A stretch of DNA of 64,000 bases from Nitrospirales bacterium (GCA_965223295.1 CBDCWC010000003.1:512001-576000); one strand, 5' to 3'; shown: positions 50,517-60,951, counted from the first letter of the stretch. Numbers and translations: made by a program. The notes: generated by a model not told the origin, from the letters alone.

Positions 50517-50517
50517 T

Positions 50518-51297
50518 TTATCCCCTCTTGGGAACCCAAGGGAAAAATCTGTTGGTGTTCCGTTGATAGGCTCGATAGTCCTCACCACGACTGACAAGGG
50601 CCTGGGCTTCCGCCCAGGGTACGCCCGTGATCCATAAGAGGGAACCCGTCATGATCAGAGGCCACAGCACAGCGAGACCTGACCAGGGCAGCCCTACCGC
50701 TAATGGAACAAAGGCCGACCAATACAACGATTCAAAAAAGTAATTCGGATGCCGGGAATATCGCCACAAACCCATTTGCAATGTTTTCCCATGATTCGAG
50801 GGGTTAGCTCGAAAAATCTGAAGTTGCCGATCAGCGATCCCTTCTCCTGCAATGGCAATCAGAAAAATGAGCAGTCCCAATGCATCCCACCAGCGCCAGG
50901 CTGCATCGGGATGCTCCATGACCCAACATAACAAACCCGCAAAGAACACACAGGCAGGGACCTGTAGTTGGAAGTAGCAGAAGATCCCTACGGACTCCCA
51001 AGAGCCCAACCATTTTCGGATGGCCTCATACCGAGCATCTTCGCTATGGTTCCATACTCGATGACAAAACAGGTGCGACCCCAAGCGTAGAGCATACAGG
51101 CTGGCCATACCCACCACGAGTACCCGCCGCCAAATATGCCCGGTGCTGGCCAATCCACAAGCCAAAACAAGCATAAGGAAACCAAGGCAGAAACCAACGT
51201 CCGCTATCGAAGCGTTGCGGTGGATACCTTGTAGGAGCCACAGAACGAAAAACAGGCAACATAAGAGCGGCACCCACATCCACAAATTCAAGTGCAA
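50518..51297 (-). CDS. DUF1295 family membrane protein (steroid 5-alpha reductase-like)
   Basis: EDARY, IADRQL, GLWRYSRHPNYFFE, YRAYQRNTNRFFPW. Confidence 0.9.
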   Translation of the reverse strand: MHLNLWMWVPLLCCLFFVLWLLQGIHRNASIADVGFCLGFLMLVLACGLASTGHIWRRVLVVGMASLYALRLGSHLFCHRVWNHSEDARYEAIRKWLGSWESVGIFCYFQLQVPACVFFAGLLCWVMEHPDAAWRWWDALGLLIFLIAIAGEGIADRQLQIFRANPSNHGKTLQMGLWRYSRHPNYFFESLYWSAFVPLAVGLPWSGLAVLWPLIMTGSLLWITGVPWAEAQALVSRGEDYRAYQRNTNRFFPWVPKRG

Positions 51298-51372
51298 TAG
51301 GACACCTCTATTTGAATGAGGTTTAACCGGTTCTACATTGCTCTCGGAAAAGAACTTCTGACAGGGGTAGGC

Positions 51373-54300
51373 TTAATTCACTCCCAGGGCTAAAGGACTG
51401 CGAACCAGGTCTTGTTCAACTTCGGGCTCCAGAGTGACTTCTACTAAAAAAATTCGATCATTGGGAACTTGGGCTTTTTGAATAAGAAAATCCTGAATAT
51501 GTTGAGCACGTTGCTGCGCCAAAAGTCTTAGCTGACTTTCATCTACCGGGATATCTTTCAATAACGCGTCTTTCATTTCCTCAACCGTCGGTTTCTTTGA
51601 TGCTTTTTCAGGATCACCAGAATCTCTCGCTGAATGGGTGGCGGCTGAATCCCCAAACTTTTCTCGATAAAGCTTGGTGAAAAATTGCGCCTCTTCCTCA
51701 GACGTCAATTCAACCTGATCAATAGAGATATCGCCCTCTTCGTTAGATGGCGGTTGCTCCACGAATTTAGCCTTTTTTAATTGAGTAAGCAGTTTAGCTG
51801 CAGCTAGTGCTTTACTATCCAGGTCGGAATCAGCGGCGCCAGTGATTTCTAAACGTAATCCCGGCCGCTCAGCAATGGCTTTTCCTAAGGCCAGTAATTT
51901 TTCTTGCTCAGGAAGCGACACGTTTTTTTCACCGGCAAGAAAGGCCACATATTTCAGCGCGTCCGCATCACCTCCTGCAATCTCTCCAACCAGTCCTCCA
52001 ACAATTGAGAAGGGAGAAGCGGCAACTTTCGTGATCAGGTTCACTAAGGCCTGCCCGATCAGCCCCCAATAACTAAACTCCGGATCATCGATATTCCCCC
52101 GAACGGGAAGATCAATATCGATTTTGCCCTTTCGATCCTTGAGTAAGGCCAACGCAAGAGGAATGGGCAACGACGTGGCATCGGGACTCTCAACGTGTTT
52201 GCCCATGGTAATTTGATCAACAAACACCTTATTCTCTCCCACTAGTTCTTTTTGTGAGAGCTTATAGTCCAATTCAAGCGTCATTTTTCCTTTGGTAATA
52301 GGATACCCCGCAAATTTCCCCGAGTATGGAGAGACCGTCGTCAAATCCAGGTTCTTAAAAGATAGCACTAAGTCCGTATAGGCATCTTCACTGAGAGGAT
52401 TAATTTGTCCTTCAATGAGAATAGGGGCATAACCACCCACTTTACCCTTAATTGATACATCGGCCTTTGCCAGTTGCTCCGAGGATAACCCTTTAATTGT
52501 CCCGCTGAGGTCAGCAATTTTTGTCCTGACATTCGGCGTAACCGACAAATCCGCAATGGAGGCTTGGAGATTCTCCAAACGAACCGTTTGAATTTTTACC
52601 GGTGTCGGCGAGCCTGTTGATTCTTCTGATTCACGATTCGAATCTTCCGATGCTTCTGTTTCAGTATCTTCTTGCCCAGCAGGAGAAAAAAGACGGGAAA
52701 AATTCAGACCTCCATCGGGATCCACTGACATCACCAACGCAGGCTTCACCAAGGCCACTTCCTTCAATGTCACGGATGTGGGCTCGACGGCCAGACTGAG
52801 GTCTTTCAGATTTAGGGCATCCCATTTCACGAACGGTTTGGCTTGTGCGGGATCCACCAGCGCTAATTGCGCAATATCAAGACCTCCGTCAAACGTCACC
52901 ATAGGTTTCGCCTCTGAACCGTCCTGATAATGGGCCTTCCCTGCTAACGACAGGGCTCCGTCTCCCACATCAAACTGTACAAACGGCGAGAGATAGGATT
53001 CAAAAGGTTGAAGAGCAATATCAGAAAGAGCAACATCCAGTTGCACAGACACCGGTTCAATCTCAACGGACCCTTTTAAGTCAGCCTTCCCCGTTTGATT
53101 CAAATTAAAGGAAAGATCAACGGGCAAAGGTTTATCAAAATTTGTGGAGAATTCAGAGGTATGAAATTGCAGGGAGTCCAAAAGAAGCTTGACCGGAATT
53201 TCCGGTTGACGATCTTCCAAATCAATCGTGAAGTTTTCCAACACAATATCCTGTACAAGTACGGTCCAAGGCGGTTCCACGTCGGAAGAATCTTGCTCAT
53301 CTGACCGAGCAGCCTCGGATATCTCATCCTTATCTGCATCAAGCGGGGTAAAAAGGGACTGATAGTTCATCACCCCGTCTTCGTCCAGCCACCCTGTCAA
53401 TCGAGCATCCCGGCCCTTTGCCGTGGGTATTCGAACTTCCTGCTTCCCGACATCCACAAACACACCATCCACTTCAAAAAATGGAAGAGCAATAACTGCT
53501 TCACTGGCTCCCTTTTCCTGAATCTGGACATCTTGGACCGTGATGGTCCCTTGATTGACCACCACATCAACGTCATCCTCATTAACGGATAGCTCATACT
53601 GTCCATTAAGCGTCGCCACCCCTTGTGGAATAAGAAATCGAAATTGATCGTGCAAGTAAGCCCAAATGCCTGACAATTGGATATTCTCTAAAGTCAAACT
53701 CCCTTGAGACTGCACCGGCTCAAGCGTCAATGTGCCTTCCCAAGAAATCTTTTCGTCGTCCTGCAACTCTGCTGACAGGGCATAGGGATTAGCCCGGCCT
53801 TTTTGTGTACTAAATTGCTCAAGCGTCAGATTAATCGGCACGAGATGCGCCTCAAAAGGCATGGGGCGTGAGGCATCCACAAATTCCACCATCCCCTGTT
53901 GAATGGCTAACTCTTCAATGAGGACGGCTGGCAATCCCTGAGCCTCCGCACCTCCCTCAGGTACATCCTGTGGCGATTCACCTTCATCGTCTGCAGAATC
54001 CGGCTGGCCCATCTCAGCCACATTCACAGACCCATCAGGGCGCACCATCACCAACCCATAAGGAAGTCCCAGACGAATTTTCGCAAAGGTATAGGCTTGA
54101 TTTTTCAAAGAAGACAGCGGTTCAAAATCCACAAACAGTTCATCAAACCCAGCTATCGGAGATTCATCAGCCTCTTGCAACCCAAACCCCTTCACCTGCA
54201 GTTTAAACAGGAAGGGATTAAAAGCCGCTTCTTGAATCGTCACAGGTCGATTCAATTCTTTCGTCAACATGGCAGGCAGTTTACTCGTAATCGCCCAGGG

Positions 54301-54381
54301 CACTGCAAAAAATCCCAGGACGGTATAAAGGACCACGAGACCCACAATAAGGCCAAGAACAATTTTTAGACTTTTTGACAT
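51373..54381 (-). CDS. DUF748 domain (AsmA-like) envelope protein
   Basis: N-terminal TM, FNPFLFKL, SPYSGKFAGYPI, LALALLKDRKGKIDIDLPVRG, C-terminal LAQQRA. Confidence 0.88.
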   Translation of the reverse strand: MSKSLKIVLGLIVGLVVLYTVLGFFAVPWAITSKLPAMLTKELNRPVTIQEAAFNPFLFKLQVKGFGLQEADESPIAGFDELFVDFEPLSSLKNQAYTFAKIRLGLPYGLVMVRPDGSVNVAEMGQPDSADDEGESPQDVPEGGAEAQGLPAVLIEELAIQQGMVEFVDASRPMPFEAHLVPINLTLEQFSTQKGRANPYALSAELQDDEKISWEGTLTLEPVQSQGSLTLENIQLSGIWAYLHDQFRFLIPQGVATLNGQYELSVNEDDVDVVVNQGTITVQDVQIQEKGASEAVIALPFFEVDGVFVDVGKQEVRIPTAKGRDARLTGWLDEDGVMNYQSLFTPLDADKDEISEAARSDEQDSSDVEPPWTVLVQDIVLENFTIDLEDRQPEIPVKLLLDSLQFHTSEFSTNFDKPLPVDLSFNLNQTGKADLKGSVEIEPVSVQLDVALSDIALQPFESYLSPFVQFDVGDGALSLAGKAHYQDGSEAKPMVTFDGGLDIAQLALVDPAQAKPFVKWDALNLKDLSLAVEPTSVTLKEVALVKPALVMSVDPDGGLNFSRLFSPAGQEDTETEASEDSNRESEESTGSPTPVKIQTVRLENLQASIADLSVTPNVRTKIADLSGTIKGLSSEQLAKADVSIKGKVGGYAPILIEGQINPLSEDAYTDLVLSFKNLDLTTVSPYSGKFAGYPITKGKMTLELDYKLSQKELVGENKVFVDQITMGKHVESPDATSLPIPLALALLKDRKGKIDIDLPVRGNIDDPEFSYWGLIGQALVNLITKVAASPFSIVGGLVGEIAGGDADALKYVAFLAGEKNVSLPEQEKLLALGKAIAERPGLRLEITGAADSDLDSKALAAAKLLTQLKKAKFVEQPPSNEEGDISIDQVELTSEEEAQFFTKLYREKFGDSAATHSARDSGDPEKASKKPTVEEMKDALLKDIPVDESQLRLLAQQRAQHIQDFLIQKAQVPNDRIFLVEVTLEPEVEQDLVRSPLALGVN

Positions 54382-54662
54382 AGATAATGATTTCGGGAAA
54401 TGATCGCCTGAATTTTAGAGGGAATAGATAAAAAGCCAGCACCTAAAGAGACACAACTAAAAAACCAACCGAAACAGGCCTATGATACCGCTCTGCCCCT
54501 ACCAGGGCTAGTCCCCACAAATATAAGCTGACTCAACAAAGAATTCGCTCTTTGAGATGTTGCTTTACTTTGCAGTTTCCGTAATAGTTCGCTAAATTAG
54601 CTAATCAAGCCTGAACACCAAATAGTGAGGACAATGGGGAAAAAGGTTCTTCTAATATTTTG

Positions 54663-54732
54663 GTCATTCCCGTAAAAACGGGAATCCAGGGTAGCTTTGA
54701 ATTTTCTGAATACCCGCCTTCGCGAGTACGAC
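54663..54732. repeat. ATTCCC-N8-GGGAAT REP with degenerate inverted partner
   Basis: gtcattcccgtaaaaacgggaatccagg ... tacccgccttcgcgagtacgac. Confidence 0.75.
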
Positions 54733-54794
54733 TGTTAAATTGAGGATTCTTTTTCATAAATTATGAACATCATAGTAAAAACCTTTTCTTCAAG

Positions 54795-57278
54795 ATGAAA
54801 TCCCCTCAACAAACGTTCCTGGCTGTTGCAGTTATCATTACACAGATTGTCTTTAGCGGTACCACTCCGAACGTCCACGCCACACTCGATCAAACCCTAC
54901 CCGAGCCCATCATCAAGTCTGAGAAACTTCTCCCTGAAGAGGCCGATGGGCCCTATCAACATTGGAAAGACCACAATAAATACTTTCTCGTAGTAGCCGT
55001 CAACGAAACAGGCCTCCTAAAAATAGACTTACCCTTCACCCAAGCCGATGCCACTGAAATCGCCAAGGCCCTGACAGGCCTGGGGTATCAACCGCTCATC
55101 GCAGACGAACCCATACTCACCGGCAAGGCTGCCACCCGAAGCGCCATAATCAAAGCGGTCAAAACGAGTCATCAAGAGAACCATGACCAGGACATCATTG
55201 CCATCTACGTGACAGGCCATGCCTCGGCCGGCACCAAAGACCTCTGGTTGCAAACCTATGGTCAAGAAGAACTGGGCGTAGGACAAGGCATTCCCCTCTC
55301 CGAACTCGTGACTCAAACACGCTTCAAAGAAGGCGAAGCAGCCTTTGAAGGGGAATTGGTCATCATCCTGGATACCTGTTTCAGTGGCCAAGGTGCCCTC
55401 TCCCAATCGCTCACACTCGGAAAGATCGGCCGCAATACCACCGTTTTCTCAAGCAGTACCAGTAAGCAAGAATCCTGTCCTCTGAACGCTCCAGACTTCC
55501 CCAAGATGAGCGCTTTTACCTACAGCCTTTTACAAGCCATGGGACCGCAGTGGGGAAAAGCTGATAGGGACGGAGACGGCATACTCCGTTATGCTGAAAT
55601 AAAAACTTTCTCGAAGAATCTCCTACAAGAACTCCGGAAAAGCAAGAGAGTTGATGGCCTCATGGAGCCGGAACTGTTCAATGCCAGTCAAGAACAATTT
55701 CTGGCCTACCGGCGAGACCAAGTTCGAGCCTTGAACACCCCCTATCGCATTGCCCTGCAGACAGAAGAAGTCAGCAAAGCACTCGCGGCCAGCCTCCAAA
55801 CTCTTGGCGCCAACCCAAAAGAAAAACCTAAAGTGCCCAAAGATGCTCAAGCTCTCGCCCAAGGGCTGGAACCGGAACCGGATGATTTTTATACCCAGGC
55901 TATCCAAGCTACTGCTGAAATCCGCTTGAATGATGCGAGAGAACTATTTGTCAAAGCCGACCAACAATCATCACGCGATCGAGAACAAGCCGAGCAGAAA
56001 AAACACTACGACCTCTATCTCGCTCGCGCACGCATGGAATCATACGATGGAAAATTCACCGAAGCCTTTTCCTGGTATCTCCAAGCCGCCAACCTTGCTC
56101 CCTCCAGTGACCTGGACCTCATCAATGAAATTGGCATTGCGGGGATCCGGGCTGGCAACTACTCTGAAGCCGAACCCTATCTCATGCAAGCCTTAGAACA
56201 ACGAGAACAACGTTTAAGCCCTGACGACCCTGTTCTCGCCACCAGCCTCAACAACCTGGCGTTCTTATACAAAACCCAAGGGAAGTATGCCGACGCCGAA
56301 CCTCTCTACCGCCGCGTCGTCAAGGTTTTTGAAACCGCGTTAGGCGTTGATCACCCCAACGTGGCCACGGCGCTCAACAACCTGGCGCTCTTATACAAAA
56401 CCCAAGGGAAGTATGCCGACGCCGAACCTCTCTACCGCCGCGTCGTCAAGGTTTTTGAAACCGCGTTAGGCGTTGATCACCCCAACGTGGCCACGGCGCT
56501 CAACAACCTGGCGAGCCTCTATCAAGCCCAAGGGAAATACGCCGACGCCGAACCCCTCTACCGCCGCGCCCTCACAATAGATGAAGCCGCGCTGGGAGCC
56601 GATCATCCCGATGTAGCCATTCGCCTCAATAACCTGGCAGGCCTCTATCAAGCCCAAGGGAAATACGCCGACGCCGAACCTCTCTACCGCCGCGTCGTCA
56701 AGGTTTTTGAAACCGCGTTAGGCGTTGATCACCCCAACGTGGCCACGGCGCTCAACAACCTGGCGAGCCTCTATCAAGCCCAAGGGAAATACGCCGACGC
56801 CGAACCCCTCTACCACCGCGCCCTCACAATAGATGAAGCCGCGCTGGGAGCCGATCATCCCGATGTAGCCATTCGCCTCAATAACCTGGCAGGCCTCTAT
56901 CAAGCCCAAGGGAAATACGCCGACGCCGAACCTCTCTACCACCACGCCCTCTCGATTAGCGAACGGGCCCTGGGAGCCGAGCACCTCCAAGTTGCCCTCA
57001 GCCTCAACAACCTAGCGGAACTCTATAAGGCCCAAGGGAAGTATGCCGATGCCGAGCCTCTCTTCCAAAGAAGTTATTGGATTTTTTATGATCGACTTGG
57101 GGCCAAGCATCCGTATGTCCAGCGCAGTTATGCTTCGTATCAAGGGTTTCTAAAGAGTAGCGGGCAGGCGTTTGATGAAGACACCGTCGTTCGTAAACTA
57201 CAACAAGCCATCACGTCTATTAACGCTCAAACCAAAACTGATCCGGCTTCCTCAACCAAAGATCAAAAAGAACCTTGA
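54795..57278 (+). CDS. Exported caspase-like (peptidase C14) domain + TPR-repeat protein
   Basis: Signal-like N-terminus; His-Cys dyad YVTGHA / ILDTCFSG; SAFTYSLL; DRDGDG loop; seven 42-aa LNNLA...AEPLY repeats. Confidence 0.9.
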   Translation: MKSPQQTFLAVAVIITQIVFSGTTPNVHATLDQTLPEPIIKSEKLLPEEADGPYQHWKDHNKYFLVVAVNETGLLKIDLPFTQADATEIAKALTGLGYQPLIADEPILTGKAATRSAIIKAVKTSHQENHDQDIIAIYVTGHASAGTKDLWLQTYGQEELGVGQGIPLSELVTQTRFKEGEAAFEGELVIILDTCFSGQGALSQSLTLGKIGRNTTVFSSSTSKQESCPLNAPDFPKMSAFTYSLLQAMGPQWGKADRDGDGILRYAEIKTFSKNLLQELRKSKRVDGLMEPELFNASQEQFLAYRRDQVRALNTPYRIALQTEEVSKALAASLQTLGANPKEKPKVPKDAQALAQGLEPEPDDFYTQAIQATAEIRLNDARELFVKADQQSSRDREQAEQKKHYDLYLARARMESYDGKFTEAFSWYLQAANLAPSSDLDLINEIGIAGIRAGNYSEAEPYLMQALEQREQRLSPDDPVLATSLNNLAFLYKTQGKYADAEPLYRRVVKVFETALGVDHPNVATALNNLALLYKTQGKYADAEPLYRRVVKVFETALGVDHPNVATALNNLASLYQAQGKYADAEPLYRRALTIDEAALGADHPDVAIRLNNLAGLYQAQGKYADAEPLYRRVVKVFETALGVDHPNVATALNNLASLYQAQGKYADAEPLYHRALTIDEAALGADHPDVAIRLNNLAGLYQAQGKYADAEPLYHHALSISERALGAEHLQVALSLNNLAELYKAQGKYADAEPLFQRSYWIFYDRLGAKHPYVQRSYASYQGFLKSSGQAFDEDTVVRKLQQAITSINAQTKTDPASSTKDQKEP
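56247..57128 (+). repeat. Seven tandem 126-bp TPR-coding repeats, several near-identical at DNA level
   Basis: Units start at 56247, 56373, 56499, 56625, 56751, 56877 and 57003. Confidence 0.92.
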
Positions 57279-57300
57279 CCGTCTGTGTGCGCAAGTTACG

Positions 57301-57481
57301 GGGAGTGTTGAAAAAAACCACCAACTGCGTACCCTGCGCCCAACTTCACCGAAGTGGCTACTAAAGCTGAAAGCGGCTTCGAGCAGGCGGATCGCCATTT
57401 TTTCGTACTCACGTACTGTCCGTACACCCCGTGCCTAAAAATAGCTGCGGCCTTGCTGGACGGATTTTTTTGAACAGTCCC
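57301..57481. repeat. MITE/REP-like element with imperfect terminal inverted repeats
   Basis: gggagtgttgaaaaaaacc ... ggatttttttgaacagtccc; minus strand carries ccgtccagcaaggccgcagc and cgcctgctcgaagccgctt. Confidence 0.75.
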
Positions 57482-57847
57482 GTTGGATTGAAGGCGCAAA
57501 CCCTCTTAGAGCATTTTCGGGACTTGCAATTGAATGATTCAACAGTGCCTACTGACAACCCGGAATGCGATGATCCAACGTCAGAAGAAATGGCATGATC
57601 TTTCGAATACTACTTCTCAACATGAAACACAGTGGCTCAGCCAACTTCTCCTCTCGGCCCAGCCCTCGGGGCAATGATTTCTCACTAACCGATTCTCATT
57701 TCAGCTGTTTCATTGTCTTTACTTATGCCATAATTGTGTCTGTATCCAATATTCCTTCACACGTCACCTTGCTTGACAGTCGTTTAGTCGCTTCACTATT
57801 GTCTTGAGTTTGCGTAAAATAGCGCTTTGGCTAGGGGACCGTCCTTC

Positions 57848-59236
57848 GTGTTTACAAACCTAACTGAAAAAATCGAGAATATTTTCAAGCAGTTACGTGG
57901 CCAAGCTACGTTAACTGAGCAGAACATTACGGATGCTTTGAAAGAGGTGCGAGTCGCGCTGCTGGAAGCCGACGTCAATTTCAAAATTGTCAAAGATTTT
58001 ATCGAGAAAGTTCGAGAAAAAGCTGTCGGGCAAGAGGTTCTCAAGAGTCTGACGCCAGCCCATCAAGTCGTAAAAGTCGTCTGGGAAGAATTGCGCGACC
58101 TGTTAGGGCATGAGCAGAGCGCGCTACACCTTTCCTCCCAACCGCCGACCGTCATCATGATGGTGGGTCTTCAAGGTTCAGGAAAAACAACAACAACCGG
58201 AAAACTAGCCCATCATTTTAAAGCGGATGGCAAACGTGTGTTGCTGGTCGCAGCTGACCCCCGGCGTCCTGCCGCTGGCGAGCAATTAGCCTCGCTTGGG
58301 ACAGACTTGGAGGTCCCGGTCCACCGCGGCACCAATGAGGGGCAACCAGGGGCTCAAGCCGTCCAAACTTGCAAAGACGGCGTCGCGCGGGCGCGTGAAC
58401 ATGGGTACGACGTGGTCTTACTCGATACAGGTGGTCGCCTGCATATCGATGAAGAATTGATGCAGGAACTGAAAGATATCCAAACTGGCGTGCAGCCACA
58501 AGAAATGCTCTTAGTGGCCGACTCCATGACCGGTCAGGAAGCCGTGGCCGTGGCCGAACGTTTCAATGAAACATTAGGGCTCACTGGCGTGATTTTGACG
58601 AAAGTGGAGGGAGATGCCCGTGGGGGCGCAGTTCTCTCAATTCGAGCAGCGACCGGCAAACCGATTAAGTTTTTGGGCATCGGGGAAAAACTCGATGCGT
58701 TAGACCCCTTTTTCCCGGACCGCATGGCCTCTCGCATTTTGGGCATGGGCGATGTGCTGACACTCATTGAAAAAGCCCAGGAGAATTTTTCTGAAGAACA
58801 AGCCCAGGCATTGCAAAAAAAGGTATCCAGTAATACGCTGACGTTGGAGGATTTTCGTGATCAAATCCAGCAAGTGAATAAACTGGGGTCGTTGGACCAA
58901 ATTATTGATATGCTGCCAGGAAGTCAGAAGATCAAGAATATGATGGGGGCAGCAGAGGGTGGCAATGCGGCTTTGCCTGAAAAAGAGATGAAGCGGGTCG
59001 TGGCGATTATTGATTCCATGACGCCCAAAGAACGCCGGGATCATACGCTTCTGAATGGAAATCGAAAAAAACGTATCGCCAAGGGAAGCGGGACATCTGT
59101 TCCGGAAATCAATCGCTTAATTAAGCAGTTTTTGGATGCTCGCCGTATGATGAAATCGTTGGTCGGCGGGCCAATGGGCATTGGAAAGAAGAAGAAAAAA
59201 CGAGGCAAGCTGATTCGAGCTATTCAGGCTCGGTAG
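57848..59236 (+). CDS. ffh: Signal recognition particle protein
   Basis: ALLEADV, GLQGSGKTTT, DGDARGG-like EGDARGG, RILGMGD, RIAKGSG; GTG start chosen (track gives 57827). Confidence 0.98.
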   Translation: MFTNLTEKIENIFKQLRGQATLTEQNITDALKEVRVALLEADVNFKIVKDFIEKVREKAVGQEVLKSLTPAHQVVKVVWEELRDLLGHEQSALHLSSQPPTVIMMVGLQGSGKTTTTGKLAHHFKADGKRVLLVAADPRRPAAGEQLASLGTDLEVPVHRGTNEGQPGAQAVQTCKDGVARAREHGYDVVLLDTGGRLHIDEELMQELKDIQTGVQPQEMLLVADSMTGQEAVAVAERFNETLGLTGVILTKVEGDARGGAVLSIRAATGKPIKFLGIGEKLDALDPFFPDRMASRILGMGDVLTLIEKAQENFSEEQAQALQKKVSSNTLTLEDFRDQIQQVNKLGSLDQIIDMLPGSQKIKNMMGAAEGGNAALPEKEMKRVVAIIDSMTPKERRDHTLLNGNRKKRIAKGSGTSVPEINRLIKQFLDARRMMKSLVGGPMGIGKKKKKRGKLIRAIQAR

Positions 59237-59279
59237 CGCTGCCCGCTTTTTTCATGGGGTCATTTTTTACTAAAGGAGA

Positions 59280-59564
59280 ATGCCAGTGGCAGTTCACTTG
59301 CGCTTAACACGGATGGGTCGGCATAAACGGCCCTTTTATCGCGTCGTCGCCGCCGATTCACACATGAAGCGGGACGGACGGTTTCTAGAAATTATCGGCA
59401 CCTATGATCCGTTGAAGGAAAATGACAAAGCCTCCTTCAAGGAAGATCGTGTATTGGATTGGCTTCAAAAAGGCGCGCAACCCACGGACTCCGTTCGAGC
59501 CCTATTGCGGCGAACCGGTGTGTACAAAGCCTTAGCCGAGTCCAAGAAACTTGCAAAGGCTTAA
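59280..59564 (+). CDS. rpsP: 30S ribosomal protein S16
   Basis: RLTRMG, PFYRVVAADS, RDGRFLEIIGTYDP, GAQPT. Confidence 0.98.
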   Translation: MPVAVHLRLTRMGRHKRPFYRVVAADSHMKRDGRFLEIIGTYDPLKENDKASFKEDRVLDWLQKGAQPTDSVRALLRRTGVYKALAESKKLAKA

Positions 59565-59630
59565 GAACATTCGTTTGGTGAAGGGCCGAGCGCCCTGTCT
59601 CATTTTGATTTTCATTTCAACCCTGTTGGT

Positions 59631-60197
59631 ATGATGATGACTGCCGCGATACATTCTACGCACCCACAGACTGATGATTTGGTGACCATTGGTCGGATCC
59701 TCAAACCCTTTGGTGTCAAAGGCGAAGTGAAAGTAGAATCATTGTCCGATGTACCTGGGCGTTTCGAAGGACTCCAGACGGTATATCTCACACCTTCAGA
59801 GGGGGATTCGATACCTAAAAAAACGTCTGTGACGCATATACGAACTGTGCCCTCTGGCTATCTTATTCGATTTTCTGCGTTTTCGACGCCCGAAGAGGCC
59901 GCGCCTTTTCGTGGCGCATGGATTCAGATTCCACCGAGTTCTAATCTCCCACGCACTCCAGATACATTTTATCAATTTGAATTGATTGGCCTCCGCGTCG
60001 AAGACCCTGAAGGACGGCAGATGGGAAAGGTCGAAGAAGTCTTAGCTTATCCACAGCACCATGTCCTGGTCGTTCGTGAGATGGAACAAGAATTTCTCAT
60101 CCCTGCCAATCGACGAACCATCAAGAAAGTCGATTTGACGAACCAATGTTTACAGGTGGCTTCAAAAGAATGGTGGGACATCAGCTATGCAGTGTGA
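59631..60197 (+). CDS. rimM: 16S rRNA processing protein RimM
   Basis: IGRILKPFGVKGEVKV, FYQFELIGLRV; operon position. Confidence 0.95.
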   Translation: MMMTAAIHSTHPQTDDLVTIGRILKPFGVKGEVKVESLSDVPGRFEGLQTVYLTPSEGDSIPKKTSVTHIRTVPSGYLIRFSAFSTPEEAAPFRGAWIQIPPSSNLPRTPDTFYQFELIGLRVEDPEGRQMGKVEEVLAYPQHHVLVVREMEQEFLIPANRRTIKKVDLTNQCLQVASKEWWDISYAV

Positions 60198-60951
60198 TCT
60201 GCTCACAATATTCCCTGAACTGATTCAGTCCGTAGGCTCACAAAGCATGATGAAGCGTGCCCAGGAGAAGGGCTTGCTTAGGATTCGGACCCACAATCTT
60301 CGAGACTATACCCATGACCCACATCGCTCAACCGACGACACACCTTTTGGTGGCGGTGGCGGAATGGTCATGAAAGCTGAACCTATTTTTCTGGCCATTG
60401 ACGCCCTTCAACAAACATATGGGAACATTCGCATTCTGTTACCCTCACCCCAAGGCATCCGCTTTTCGCATGGGTTGGCGTTAGAGCTCAGCCGGGAAAC
60501 TCGGAATTTGGTGTTTATTTGCGGACATTATGAGGGCATCGACGAGCGAGTACGCACACATCTATCAGTCGAGGAAATTTCACTTGGCGACTATGTTGTC
60601 ACTGGAGGGGAACTCCCTGCACTGATGATGATTGACGCGGCCATGCGGCAGATTCCCGGCGTACTGGGAGATCCGCATTCTGCTCAACGGGAATCGTTTG
60701 TGGAATCCTTGCTGGATTATCCACATTTTACCCGGCCGGCTGTCCTTCGAGATCACTCGGTTCCGGAGGTCCTGCTATCGGGCAATCATGAAGCCATTCG
60801 TCGATGGCGGCGAAAAGAATCACTGCGCCAGACTTTGCTTAAACGCCCTGATCTATTAGAACAGCACTCATTGACCCCAGAGGATCAACAACTTTTAGTA
60901 GAAATTGAACGCGACTATACCTCGGCGGCATGCAATCCGCAGAGACCTTGA
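60187..60951 (+). CDS. trmD: tRNA (guanosine-37-N1) methyltransferase
   Basis: DDTPFGGGGGMVM, CGHYEGIDER, GDYVVTGGE, LLSGNH. Confidence 0.98.
   Translation: MQCDLLTIFPELIQSVGSQSMMKRAQEKGLLRIRTHNLRDYTHDPHRSTDDTPFGGGGGMVMKAEPIFLAIDALQQTYGNIRILLPSPQGIRFSHGLALELSRETRNLVFICGHYEGIDERVRTHLSVEEISLGDYVVTGGELPALMMIDAAMRQIPGVLGDPHSAQRESFVESLLDYPHFTRPAVLRDHSVPEVLLSGNHEAIRRWRRKESLRQTLLKRPDLLEQHSLTPEDQQLLVEIERDYTSAACNPQRP

Noticed and set aside
56247-57128. Possible CRISPR array or DGR template/variable repeat
   Set aside because: Units are in-frame 126-bp coding repeats without unique spacers; no cas or reverse transcriptase gene in the window, and differences are not clearly adenine-specific.
57480-57830. 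SRP RNA (ffs) or tRNA near ffh
   Set aside because: No SRP domain IV motif or cloverleaf/T-loop pattern found.
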